This document shows positions 32,532 to 41,778 of a stretch of 64,000 nt of DNA, one piece after another. Below the pieces are notes generated by a model that was not told the DNA's origin, did no database searches, and saw only the letters and a list, made by a program, of their open reading frames with translations. Numbering within the stretch: position 1 is the first letter of the stretch; each line of letters starts with the position of its first letter. The stretch spans positions 20,518 to 84,517 of the forward strand of contig JBFGJG010000013.1 of assembly GCA_041577295.1 (NCBI GenBank), written 5' to 3'. This stretch comes from Gemmatimonadales bacterium. GTDB lineage: Bacteria; Gemmatimonadota; Gemmatimonadetes; Gemmatimonadales; GWC2-71-9. Both the position numbers and the translations under genes were made by a program.

Positions 32532-33707
32532 GTGCGCATCGTCATGGTAAGCCACGCCTACCCACGAGGGGAGGGCGACATCGCGGGCGTCTTTATCGAG
32601 CGGCTCGCGGTGGCCCTGGTCTCACGCGGTCATCACACGACCGTGATCGTGCCGTCGGATACGGGCGCGGGCGGACGTAGTCGCCGTCGCGGGGTCGAGG
32701 TGCTACGGGTGCGGTACGCCCCGGCGGCGCGCGAAACGCTCGCGCACCGTGGGACCATGCAAGACGCCACCAGCACGCTGCCTGGAAAAGTGGCGTTTGC
32801 GTCCCTCGTCAACGCACAGGCTCGGGCCGTTGCCAGGATCCGTCGCCACGGCCTCGCGCAAGTCGTGCACGCGCATTGGTGGGTGCCTGGAGGGGTCGCG
32901 ACGTGGCTCGCACGCTTCACGGGCGGAGGATCCTACCTCGTAACGCTTCACGGGACCGACGTGGCGGTGCTCGAGTCGTCGCGCGGTGCTCGCATGCTCG
33001 CCCGTCGAGTACTCCGGGGTGCGCAAACGATCACCGCGGTGTCGAGCTACCTCGCGCAACGCGCGGCGAGTCTTGTCGGCGTCGATGCTGAGCGTATCGT
33101 CGTGCAACCGATGCCAGCCGACGTCGAGCATCTCAGCCGTGCCAGCCAAGGCGGGGGTGGAGTCGTGACCGTGGGCCGTTTGGTTGCACAGAAGCGGGTC
33201 GATCTCGTGCTCGATGCGGTGGCGCGCCTGCGGCGACAAGGACGCACCGTTCGGCTGACGGTGGTAGGGGATGGGCCTGAGCGGGGCAACCTCGAGGCGC
33301 GCGCACGCGAGCTGGGGATTGACAACCTGACGAAGTTTTGCGGCAGCGTGCCGCCGGCCGCCCTCGCGGAGACCATCGGGAATGCCGACGTGATGGCCTT
33401 TCCCGCTCGGCGCGAAGGGCTGGGCCTCGCCGCGGCGGAGAGCTTCATGTTGGGGATACCGGTCGTGGCCTGCATGGATGGTGGTGGGGTGGTGGATGTG
33501 GTTCCGGCGGACGGCCCCGGCCGCGTCGTCGCGGGGGACAGCGTTACGGAATTTGCCAACGCGCTGGACGAGCTGATTCGCTCACCCAGCGCACGGTCGC
33601 TCGCGCAGGAGCGAGGCCGCCTCCTCCGACACCGTCTGGATCCGGAATACGTCGCGCAAACGTATGAAGAGGTCTACAGTCGCATGGTGCGGCGGAAGCG
33701 GCGGTGA
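32532..33707 (+). CDS. GT4 glycosyltransferase
   Basis: HAHWW, TLHGTD, VGRL..QKR, EGLGLAAAES. Confidence 0.9.
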   Translation: MRIVMVSHAYPRGEGDIAGVFIERLAVALVSRGHHTTVIVPSDTGAGGRSRRRGVEVLRVRYAPAARETLAHRGTMQDATSTLPGKVAFASLVNAQARAVARIRRHGLAQVVHAHWWVPGGVATWLARFTGGGSYLVTLHGTDVAVLESSRGARMLARRVLRGAQTITAVSSYLAQRAASLVGVDAERIVVQPMPADVEHLSRASQGGGGVVTVGRLVAQKRVDLVLDAVARLRRQGRTVRLTVVGDGPERGNLEARARELGIDNLTKFCGSVPPAALAETIGNADVMAFPARREGLGLAAAESFMLGIPVVACMDGGGVVDVVPADGPGRVVAGDSVTEFANALDELIRSPSARSLAQERGRLLRHRLDPEYVAQTYEEVYSRMVRRKRR

Positions 33708-34630
33708 TGCGGCGGCGCCATTGGGTGTGGATTGGTCAGGCCGCGCTAGCCGTGCTCATTGGCGTGTTCGTCTACCGGGCCGTGGCGCGAAACTGGGCAG
33801 AGTTCCGCGCGCTCGACCTCCGCGTGGATCTCGACCTTGGCCTTGTGGCCGGCGCGACCGCGGTCGTGCTCCTCACGTATGGTGCGCTGATCGCGGCGTG
33901 GCGCGCGCTGATCATTGGATGGGGAGAGCGATTGGCCCTCCGCGAGGCCGCCCGCATCTGGAGCGTGGCAAACCTCGCGCGGTATCTTCCCGGAAAAGTC
34001 TGGAGCGTCGCGGGGCTCACCGTGTTGGCGCAGCGAGCTGGTGTCAGTGGGTGGACCGCCGCGGGCGCGGCGCTCGCCATGCAGGCATTGGCGGTGGGGA
34101 CGGGAGCGTGCATCGTTGCCGTGGCCGTTCCCGGGGCGATCGCGCCTATTCACCTGCTGGTCGCAGCGGTTGCTGCTTTGGGCGCGATCGCGACGCTCGC
34201 GTGGGCGCCGCTCGGGGGCACGTTTGCACGACTGGTGTCGCCGTCTCATACGTTTCGTGCACTTCCTTTCGGTACGGCGGCTGTCGCCGCGGGTATCACT
34301 GCGGGAGCGTGGATTGCCTATGGAGTGGCCTTTTGGCTTCTCGCCCAGGGGCTCGTGCCCGAGGCACCCCTCCAGCTCCGCGCGGCCGTCGGCGTGTTCG
34401 CCGGAGGCTACCTCGTTGGTCTCATTGCCCTCTTTGCGCCAGGGGGTGTTGGCGTCCGTGAGCTGATGTTCATCGCCCTCCTTGCACCGAGCATGGGAAG
34501 TGGCCCGGCCATCGCGCTCAGTCTCGGGTCGCGCCTGCTCCTGACGGTGACTGAAGTCGGTGCGGCGGCTGGGGCCATGATCGTGGCAGGTCGCAAAGCG
34601 AGGGAGATGGTAGATGCCAAGCGCCCCTGA
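33704..34630 (+). CDS. Flippase-like membrane protein (LPG synthase TM/UPF0104 type)
   Basis: RYLPGKVW, APGGVGVRE, about 8 TMs. Confidence 0.8.
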   Translation: MMRRRHWVWIGQAALAVLIGVFVYRAVARNWAEFRALDLRVDLDLGLVAGATAVVLLTYGALIAAWRALIIGWGERLALREAARIWSVANLARYLPGKVWSVAGLTVLAQRAGVSGWTAAGAALAMQALAVGTGACIVAVAVPGAIAPIHLLVAAVAALGAIATLAWAPLGGTFARLVSPSHTFRALPFGTAAVAAGITAGAWIAYGVAFWLLAQGLVPEAPLQLRAAVGVFAGGYLVGLIALFAPGGVGVRELMFIALLAPSMGSGPAIALSLGSRLLLTVTEVGAAAGAMIVAGRKAREMVDAKRP

Positions 34631-36965
34631 TACGCCGCCGTTCGAGCCACGCTGGCCACTCGCGAGCGCGATGGGATTGCTCAGCTTTTGGATCCTGCTG
34701 CTGTCGCTGCCGATGTGGACCGGTGCCTTTCTGGCTGGTCCATTCAGCGACCAGTACGCTACAGGGTACGCCTACCGGCAATGGGCGGCCGAGCAGTGGA
34801 AGGCGCTCGGTCACGTGCCTCTGTGGAACCCGGAGATCTTTGGCGGCCTTCCGTTCGTGGCCGCCATGCACGGGGACATCTTCTATCCCACGGCGTGGCT
34901 GCGCCTGCTGCTGCCAACCGTCACCGCGATGAACCTCGGGTTCGTGGTGCACTACCTGCTCGCCGGGCTTTTCCTCTATCTGCTATTGCGGTTGTTGGGG
35001 ACCTCGTGGGTTGGAGCGGTGGTCGGTGGGACGGCGTATCAACTCTCCGGCGTCGTGGCCTCCTACGTCCAGCCGGGCCACGACGGCAAGACGTTCGTGA
35101 CAGCGCTCCTTCCACTCGCCCTCATCGGGCTAGTGCTCGCCTTCCGCAAGCGGCGACTCGAGGGTCACGCGCTGCTGGCGCTTGCCGTTGGGCTCGGCAT
35201 TCTCAGCCCACATCCGCAGATGCTCTACTACATGCTCGTGGCGGCGGGCATCTTCGCACTGTACCTGGCGTTTGGTGAGCCCGACAACAGGGACTGGCGG
35301 CGAGGGGGGCTCGATCTCACACTCGCGCTCCTCGCAGTTGTGCTGGGGTTTGGGATCGGGATGATCCAGATCCTACCGTTTTTTCAGTACATCCCCTTCT
35401 CGCCGCGCGCCGAAGGATATTACGGCTTTGAGGGAGCCACATCCTTCGCCATTCCGTGGTCCCATGTGCCGGAGTTTTTCATGGCGGCGTTTGTCGGTTC
35501 ACGAGAAAGCTACTGGGGGCCTAACCCACTGAAGCTGCACTCGGAATACCTGGGACTTCCCGTGGTGGCGCTTGCCGTGTTGGGCGCACTGCGGAGCGTT
35601 CGGCGGAACCTGATCATCTGGCTCGGTGCAATCGGCCTCTTATTTCTGCTGGTGAGTCTCGGTGCGGGAACGCCGTTCTACCGCGTATGGTGGAGTGTCA
35701 TGCCGTTCATGGATAAGGTGCGTGCTCCCGGCATGGCGCTCTACTTGGTTGCGTTTGTAACCGCGGTGTATGCCGCCTTCGGAGCGGAGCGGCTGCTGCG
35801 ACGCGCGGGTGAGAAGCACGGCACGATTTGGCTGATCGTCGGTGGGATGCTCGCCGTCCTCGCGGTCATCGGTGTGATCCCGTCCATTGCAGGCGCAATC
35901 GCTGAGGCTATCGCCAGTGAGCTGGGTCGCCCAACCGCGATGCCCGATGTGTCGTCGATCCGCGCGGGAGCGCTGGCGAGCGGTCTGGCTCTGCTCGCGG
36001 TGGGTGGGGTGGCGGTCGCGTGGCACAAGGGCCGCGTCGCCGCGTCCGCGTTCTCCATGGCCCTCATTCTCGTAATAGGAGCGGATCTCTGGTGGAACGC
36101 CCGCGGGTTTTGGACGTTCAGCGACGTGCATGAGACGCTGCACCAGCCCGATCAGGTTACCGAGCGGCTGATGACCATCTCACCGCCGTACCGCGTGCTC
36201 GATTTGGGCGTGTATCCAGGCGCGGCACTCATGGCCCAAGGGATCCCGCAACTCCTCGGGCATCATGGAAATGAACTCCACCGCTTCGATGAGCTGCTTG
36301 GCGGGAAAAATCAATGGCGAAACGCCTTTCAACCCATCATCTGGGACCTGTATGCCATCAGGTATCTGATCGTTCCCGCGGGTGTTGAAGGGGTTGAGCA
36401 GATCCCCGGGTACCGTCCCATTCTCGAAGTCGACTCCACCGCAGCAGGCAACGGGGCGCTACTATTTGAACGCACGACGGAGGCACGATACGCGAGACTG
36501 GTACCCGCCGCCCTCCGTGCCCCAGACGAGCAAGCGATTCCTACCATCCTCAGCCCGCGCTTCGTGCCGGACCGGGTGGTGCTCCTCGCGCCGGATGGAC
36601 CACACGAACCGGCGCCTGTGTCGTCGCTGCCGGCCGCAATCGATGGTGGCGTGACCGTGACCTCGTGGGCTCCCGGCCGAATGACCATTCACCTCGCGCA
36701 AACGCCTCCGGCAGATTCGTATCTCCTGATCGCGGAGAACTGGTATCCGGATTGGCAGGCCAGGGTGGACGGCCAATCGCAACCAGTATTACGGGGCAAT
36801 TATGCGCTCATGACAATTCCGGTGCCTTCAGGGGCGAGCGAGATTGAGCTGACGTTTGAGAGCGCCGCTTACCGGCTGGGCAAGAGCATGACGTTGATTG
36901 CGACGTTGATCGTGCTCGTGGGGGTCGTGTTGCCGCCGGTGGTTCGACGGAGACGTCGTGACTGA
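34614..36965 (+). CDS. YfhO-like GT-C membrane glycosyltransferase
   Basis: PLWNPEIFGGLP, FYP, many TMs, ENWYPDWQARVDG, C-terminal TM. Confidence 0.82.
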   Translation: MPSAPDTPPFEPRWPLASAMGLLSFWILLLSLPMWTGAFLAGPFSDQYATGYAYRQWAAEQWKALGHVPLWNPEIFGGLPFVAAMHGDIFYPTAWLRLLLPTVTAMNLGFVVHYLLAGLFLYLLLRLLGTSWVGAVVGGTAYQLSGVVASYVQPGHDGKTFVTALLPLALIGLVLAFRKRRLEGHALLALAVGLGILSPHPQMLYYMLVAAGIFALYLAFGEPDNRDWRRGGLDLTLALLAVVLGFGIGMIQILPFFQYIPFSPRAEGYYGFEGATSFAIPWSHVPEFFMAAFVGSRESYWGPNPLKLHSEYLGLPVVALAVLGALRSVRRNLIIWLGAIGLLFLLVSLGAGTPFYRVWWSVMPFMDKVRAPGMALYLVAFVTAVYAAFGAERLLRRAGEKHGTIWLIVGGMLAVLAVIGVIPSIAGAIAEAIASELGRPTAMPDVSSIRAGALASGLALLAVGGVAVAWHKGRVAASAFSMALILVIGADLWWNARGFWTFSDVHETLHQPDQVTERLMTISPPYRVLDLGVYPGAALMAQGIPQLLGHHGNELHRFDELLGGKNQWRNAFQPIIWDLYAIRYLIVPAGVEGVEQIPGYRPILEVDSTAAGNGALLFERTTEARYARLVPAALRAPDEQAIPTILSPRFVPDRVVLLAPDGPHEPAPVSSLPAAIDGGVTVTSWAPGRMTIHLAQTPPADSYLLIAENWYPDWQARVDGQSQPVLRGNYALMTIPVPSGASEIELTFESAAYRLGKSMTLIATLIVLVGVVLPPVVRRRRRD

Positions 36966-37683
36966 ACGCGCTCTCGTCATCGTTCCAACGTACAACGAGT
37001 CCAGGAACCTCGGGTCCCTCGTTCCTCTCATCCTGGCCCAGGATCCGCGGTTGAACGTCCTGGTGGTCGACGACAACTCGCCAGATGGAACCGGCCAGAT
37101 TGCCGACGGGCTTGCGGCGAAACACCCAGATCGCGTCTTCGTCCTGCATCGTGCTGGCAAGCTGGGGCTCGGGACCGCGTACGTGGCCGGCTTCCGCTGG
37201 GCGCTGGAGCGGGACTACATCTACGTGCTCGAGATGGATGCGGACTTTTCCCACGATCCCAAGCACCTCCCGCAGTTTCTCGACGCGATCGAGGATCACG
37301 ACCTGGTGTTGGGGTCGCGCTATCTGAACGGACGAGTGACCGTGGTGAATTGGCCGATGACGCGGCTGTTGCTCAGCTACTTCGCGAACATCTACGCTCG
37401 CGTCATTACGGGCCTCAAGCTCTTCGACGCTACCGGCGGATTCAAGTGCTTCCGCCGTTGCGTGCTCGAAACCATCAATCTTGATGCGGTACGATCAAAT
37501 GGGTATGCGTTTCAGATTGAGATGAGCTTTCGGGCCTGGCGCAAGGGGTTCGGAATTCACGAGATTCCGATTGTGTTCGTGGATCGTACCGACGGCGCGA
37601 GTAAGATGTCGGGGGCGATCGTGCGAGAGGCCGTGTGGATGGTGTGGCGGTTGCGGCTCCAGGCGCTTTTTGGGAGGCTCTGA
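36958..37683 (+). CDS. Polyprenol monophosphomannose synthase-like GT2
   Basis: VPTYNE, DDNSPDGTG, EMDADFSH, SNGYAFQIE, GASKMS. Confidence 0.9.
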   Translation: MTERALVIVPTYNESRNLGSLVPLILAQDPRLNVLVVDDNSPDGTGQIADGLAAKHPDRVFVLHRAGKLGLGTAYVAGFRWALERDYIYVLEMDADFSHDPKHLPQFLDAIEDHDLVLGSRYLNGRVTVVNWPMTRLLLSYFANIYARVITGLKLFDATGGFKCFRRCVLETINLDAVRSNGYAFQIEMSFRAWRKGFGIHEIPIVFVDRTDGASKMSGAIVREAVWMVWRLRLQALFGRL

Positions 37684-37690
37684 CGGGGCA

Positions 37691-38512
37691 ATGGACGGGA
37701 TGGTGGTCTACAAGATGACGGGGTCGGGGAACGACTTCGTTTTCGTGGATGGTCGGGCAGTTCCCATGGCCGATTGGGGTCCGGACGCGATCCGGGCCCT
37801 CTGCGCAAGGGGTACAGGGATCGGGGCCGATGGGTTGGTCGTCCTCGAGCGAGGATCGACCGCCGACGCCGTCCGCTTCCATTTCTTCAATAGCGACGGC
37901 GGTCGCGCTGCGATGTGCGGCAACGCGGCCTTGTGTGCCACGCGCCTGGCCGCTTGGCTAGGCATGGCACCCAGCGCTGGCATGCGACTCGAGACGGACT
38001 CGGGCGTGCTCCGGGCGCGCTGTCTGTCCGGTCGGGGGCATCGGGCCGAGATTGAGGTGCCCGCTCACGGGCCCATCAGCCAGCCACCGATCGACCTCGC
38101 AGCGGATGAACGCTCCCTCCACTACACCCAGGTAGGCGTCCCACATTTGGTCGTCTGCGTGTCTGATGTTGAGGACGTCGCAGTCTGCCAACGGGGCAGG
38201 GAGCTTCGAATGCATCCGGCGATCCAGCCAAATGGGGCGAACGTCAACTTCGTCTCTGGGCGTGACGGCGATTGGGTGATGCGGACGTACGAACGAGGAG
38301 TGGAGGACGAGACCCTCGCGTGCGGGACTGGGGCCGTGGCCGCGGCCGCGGTCCTAGTTACCAGTGGCACCGTGACGCTGCCGTGGACTGTTCGCACCGG
38401 TTCTGGTTGCGCGCTCAGCGTGTCTGGGGAGAGCACGGGTCCCGATGGCATACTCAACCCGAGGCTGGCTGGAGAAGGCCGCCTAGTGTTTCGGGCGGTC
38501 CTGGTTTCGTGA
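37691..38512 (+). CDS. dapF: Diaminopimelate epimerase
   Basis: KMTGSGNDF, MCGNA, GVPH, ERGVEDETLACGTG. Confidence 0.95.
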   Translation: MDGMVVYKMTGSGNDFVFVDGRAVPMADWGPDAIRALCARGTGIGADGLVVLERGSTADAVRFHFFNSDGGRAAMCGNAALCATRLAAWLGMAPSAGMRLETDSGVLRARCLSGRGHRAEIEVPAHGPISQPPIDLAADERSLHYTQVGVPHLVVCVSDVEDVAVCQRGRELRMHPAIQPNGANVNFVSGRDGDWVMRTYERGVEDETLACGTGAVAAAAVLVTSGTVTLPWTVRTGSGCALSVSGESTGPDGILNPRLAGEGRLVFRAVLVS

Positions 38513-38632
38513 GGATCACCCCGGCCGGGAGCCACTGTTTGCTTGGTGACATGCGCATCCCGAACAGAGGCCAAAAGCAATAAGATTCCTTGCCCAAAGA
38601 GTTTAGGCGCGAAGGAAGACGCGAATCAACAA

Positions 38633-38641
38633 TTATCCACA
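38633..38641 (+). promoter_or_regulatory. Perfect DnaA box
   Basis: TTATCCACA in an AT-rich intergenic gap. Confidence 0.7.
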
Positions 38642-38646
38642 CAGTT

Positions 38647-38674
38647 AGTTAACATAACATTTCTTATACGTAGT
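38647..38674 (-). other. dif site (XerCD chromosome dimer resolution)
   Basis: Minus strand ACTACGTATAA-GAAATG-TTATGTTAACT: 11-6-11 layout, XerD arm near TTATGTTAAAT, XerC arm ending ATAA; at the gene-strand switch. Confidence 0.9.
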
Positions 38675-38717
38675 AGTAGAGAGACGCTCTGGCACGGCAG
38701 AAATTGAGGTCAGCTAC

Positions 38718-39428
38718 TCAGGTTCCCGATGAGGGTTGGCTTGGACGGAGCTCGGCCAGCCGGACTCGCGCCTCCGTGGCCGCCGGGGACTCTGGGTGGC
38801 TTGTAAGGAGACGCTCGTACACCTGCGCGGCTGTTGCCGTATCGCCCGCTGAGGCGTAGGCTCGCCCGGCGTCGGTTAAGTATTGGGCGGCCAGGTGATC
38901 GTACCATGCTGCAGCGGCCGCACGTTCGTATGCGGCGCCCGCTTCGGACAGTCGGCCGAGCTGTTCGAGAGCCCCGCCAAGAAGGCCGTGTGCTGGGGCC
39001 TGAAACTGTGGCCGTAGACGGTCTGAAATGGCAGCCTCGAGTTCGGACACTGCGCGTTCAGGGTCTCCGTCCATCAGCCGAATCTGGGCCAGCAGAATCG
39101 TCGCCTCGTCCGCGGCGACCGTGCCGCCGCGTGTCTGGATGAGCCGGGAAAGGTCACTCGCGGCGAGCGGGAGGTTGCCCGACTGGATCGCAGCCCGCGC
39201 GGTGCTGAGCGAACGGGCTGCGAACGCCTCGCGGCGTTGCTTTGCGGCGAAGGCGAACCACACACCCAGCGCGGCCACCGCGAGCACGATGGCGACACCG
39301 ATGAGGTTTCGCTGATTCGATTGGAGCCAGGCAAGCGCCCGTGTGGCGCGATCTTCTGCCCGAGGGGGCGCTGCTGCCTTCGGTGGGTTTTTGACCTTTT
39401 GTGCCACGTTTCTTCTCTTGTTATCCAT
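38718..39428 (-). CDS. Membrane-anchored TPR protein (YfgM-like)
   Basis: N-terminal TM followed by Ala-rich TPR helices ending HPESPAATEARVRL. Confidence 0.75.
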   Translation of the reverse strand: MDNKRRNVAQKVKNPPKAAAPPRAEDRATRALAWLQSNQRNLIGVAIVLAVAALGVWFAFAAKQRREAFAARSLSTARAAIQSGNLPLAASDLSRLIQTRGGTVAADEATILLAQIRLMDGDPERAVSELEAAISDRLRPQFQAPAHGLLGGALEQLGRLSEAGAAYERAAAAAWYDHLAAQYLTDAGRAYASAGDTATAAQVYERLLTSHPESPAATEARVRLAELRPSQPSSGT

Positions 39429-39444
39429 GACTGCCAGGAGCGCA

Positions 39445-39518
39445 TGCCCCTGGCAGGACTCGAACCTGCGGCCAACGGTTTAGGAAACCGCTGCTCTATC
39501 CAGCTGAGCTACAGGGGC
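39445..39518 (-). tRNA. tRNA-Arg(CCT), CCA not encoded
   Basis: GCCCCTGTAGCTCAGCTGGATAGAGCAGCGGTTTCCTAAACCGTTGGCCGCAGGTTCGAGTCCTGCCAGGGGCA cloverleaf. Confidence 0.95.
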
Positions 39519-39572
39519 CAGGTGTAGCCGCGAAAAATAACCGCTGGATCGGTTCGAGCCCAGGCCTCCCCT

Positions 39573-40115
39573 TCATTCCCTTGGGTACGACAAAACGGTC
39601 CAGAGTGGTATGCCGTCGGGCAATCGCTTTCGGCCGCTGAGATCTGCGAGCTCGATGAGCACCGAGATGCCAACTACTTCCCCTTTGGCTTCTTCCACGG
39701 CCTGGGTGGCCGCCAGCAAGGTTCCGCCGGTCGCGATCAAATCATCGACGATCAGCACGCGCTCGCCGGGCTTGATCGCGTCGAGGTGCACCTCGATCGC
39801 GTCCGTTCCGTACTCGAGGGCGTACTCCATCCGGCGCGTCTTCCACGGCAACTTCCCGACCTTCCTCGCGGGTACGAGACCCGCTTCAAGGTGCAAGGCC
39901 ATGGGTGCGCCGAAGATGAACCCGCGGGATTCGATGGCCAGAATTGTGTCGACTGGTTGCCCACCCAGGGGCCCGGCCATCCTGTCCACGGCCGCGTGGA
40001 AGAGTCGAGGCTGGAGCAAAAGCGGAGTGATGTCCCTGAAGAGGATGCCCGGTGAGGGGAAATCTGGGACGTCGCGGATCGCTGCGTAGAATTCTTCCAC
40101 CTTTACAGATGACAC
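39573..40115 (-). CDS. apt: Adenine phosphoribosyltransferase
   Basis: PDFP..GILFRDIT, ESRGF, YALEYG, VDDLIATGGT. Confidence 0.96.
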   Translation of the reverse strand: MSSVKVEEFYAAIRDVPDFPSPGILFRDITPLLLQPRLFHAAVDRMAGPLGGQPVDTILAIESRGFIFGAPMALHLEAGLVPARKVGKLPWKTRRMEYALEYGTDAIEVHLDAIKPGERVLIVDDLIATGGTLLAATQAVEEAKGEVVGISVLIELADLSGRKRLPDGIPLWTVLSYPRE

Positions 40116-40132
40116 GATATGTGACTCCGTAA

Positions 40133-40408
40133 TTACTTGATAGAAAACGGATTAGATAGGTTCACATCATGTGGAAAAGCATGCTTTTCCACACTTTCAA
40201 CACGGGCCATTGTGGGTCCAGCCTGGAGCGCTGCCTCGAGCTGTTCGAGCGCGTCTTCGGCACCCGCGGCCACGATCTCCACCCGTCCGTCCGGGAGGTT
40301 GGTTGCCCAGCCGGCCAGACCCAAGGCCCTGGCCGTTCGGAGGGTGAACCAGCGATATCCAACGCCCTGCACTCTTCCGCGGACCACCCATCGCACTGAC
40401 GGGCTCAC
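40133..40408 (-). CDS. acyP: Acylphosphatase
   Basis: GRVQGVGYR, GWATNLPDGRVE. Confidence 0.94.
   Translation of the reverse strand: MSPSVRWVVRGRVQGVGYRWFTLRTARALGLAGWATNLPDGRVEIVAAGAEDALEQLEAALQAGPTMARVESVEKHAFPHDVNLSNPFSIK
40170..40193. repeat. Perfect 24-bp palindrome made of two consensus DnaA boxes
   Basis: TGTGGAAAA-GCATGC-TTTTCCACA; each arm fits TTWTNCACA. Confidence 0.75.
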
Positions 40409-41103
40409 TGTGGGGGGTTGCTCGTGGCTGGGTCAGATGGCGGTGGCGGTACGGGATCCACCGCGGCCGACTTCCGCCGTCGGTAGACAGTCACATAGAC
40501 GATGACCGTGATGGCCAGAACCGGGATCAGCGCGGCAAGGACGATAAATGAGTACCGCCTGACCTCGTCGCTCAGCAACACGGCGTCGACGCCCGCGATA
40601 ATCCCTGCGTGTTTGCCGATGTAGAAGCCGATGAGCGTCAGGATGACACACCAGATCCCTGCCCCAGCGGCAGTATAGATGATGAATCTATCCAGGCGCA
40701 TGCGGGCGAAGCCCGCGGGCACGGAAATGAGCTGTCGAATGACTGGAAGGAGTCGAGCCACGAAGGTACTGATCTCTCCGTGTCGTCGGAAAAAGGCCTC
40801 GGCCCGATCCAGTGAACTCTCTCGGATGAGGGCGTACTTCCCGTACTTGTGCAGCACGGGTCGGCCCAGCTTGGCCGCCAAGTAATAATTGAATAACGCG
40901 CCCAGGAGGCTGCCAGTTAGGCCTGAGAGAATCGCCAAGGTGACACTCATTCTGCCTTGAGCGGCGAGATACCCGGCTGGGGGGAGAACGACCTCGCTTG
41001 GGAATGGCACGAACGAAGATTCCAGCGCCATGAGGAGCACGATGCCCGGGTATCCCAGCTGGTACATCGTCTCGGTGAGCCACATGACGGCCGACTCGAA
41101 CAT
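40405..41103 (-). CDS. DedA family membrane protein
   Basis: LESSFVPFPSE, ARLLPVIRQLIS. Confidence 0.92.
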   Translation of the reverse strand: MFESAVMWLTETMYQLGYPGIVLLMALESSFVPFPSEVVLPPAGYLAAQGRMSVTLAILSGLTGSLLGALFNYYLAAKLGRPVLHKYGKYALIRESSLDRAEAFFRRHGEISTFVARLLPVIRQLISVPAGFARMRLDRFIIYTAAGAGIWCVILTLIGFYIGKHAGIIAGVDAVLLSDEVRRYSFIVLAALIPVLAITVIVYVTVYRRRKSAAVDPVPPPPSDPATSNPPQ

Positions 41104-41109
41104 AGAGCG

Positions 41110-41778
41110 TCAGACCTCCCGCTTCTCGAAGCCGTGGCGTCCCACCAAGGGAACGAACAGCGCCTCCCCTAAATCTTCCTCGGTCACCTTTGCACCGCGC
41201 TTGGTAATCCGAAAGAGATGCTGGGTATCCCCGGACTGCAGGGGGATTACGAGTGCGCCACCGTCAGAAAGCTGCTCGAGCAGCGGCCGCGGCACGACGG
41301 GGCTCGCGGCCGCGACCAAGATACCGTCGAAGGGTGCGAGGGTGCGCCATCCCAGCGATCCGTCTCCAACAACCACGGTCGCCCCCGTGACGGAGGCAGC
41401 CTTGAGCGCGGCACGTGCCTCGGCTGCAAGTCCGGGGAGCCGTTCCACCGAGATGACCGAGGAGGCTAAGCTGGCGAGGAGCGCTGTCTGGTAGCCAGAT
41501 CCGGTTCCGACCTCCAGTACCCGCTCCTGACCGCGCAGTCCGAGTGCCTCGAGATACCGAGCCTGCGTGGTGGGCTGAGAGATGGTTTGGCCGTTCCCGA
41601 TAGGCAGGGCTACATCTTCATATGCCCGACGCCGCAGTGCCTCCGGAACGAACAGATGGCGGGGTACGGTCGCGAAGGCGTGGAGTACAGCCAGATCACG
41701 AATACCGTTGGCCCGTAGTTGCTCCACGAGACGCGTGCGGTAACCGCCAAACGAGTCCGCTACTTGCCCAGATCCCAT
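41110..41778 (-). CDS. pcm: Protein-L-isoaspartate O-methyltransferase
   Basis: VPRHLFV, GQTISQP, LEVGTGSGYQ, FVPL. Confidence 0.95.
   Translation of the reverse strand: MGSGQVADSFGGYRTRLVEQLRANGIRDLAVLHAFATVPRHLFVPEALRRRAYEDVALPIGNGQTISQPTTQARYLEALGLRGQERVLEVGTGSGYQTALLASLASSVISVERLPGLAAEARAALKAASVTGATVVVGDGSLGWRTLAPFDGILVAAASPVVPRPLLEQLSDGGALVIPLQSGDTQHLFRITKRGAKVTEEDLGEALFVPLVGRHGFEKREV

Noticed and set aside
38633..38679. oriC interpretation (DnaA box plus TAGTAGTAG trio-like run)
   Set aside because: Run is about 30 bp away, in the wrong orientation relative to the box and overlaps the XerC arm; no dnaA nearby and genes converge here
38690..38706. TGGCACG sigma54 -24-like element
   Set aside because: No TTGC at -12 spacing and no downstream + strand gene
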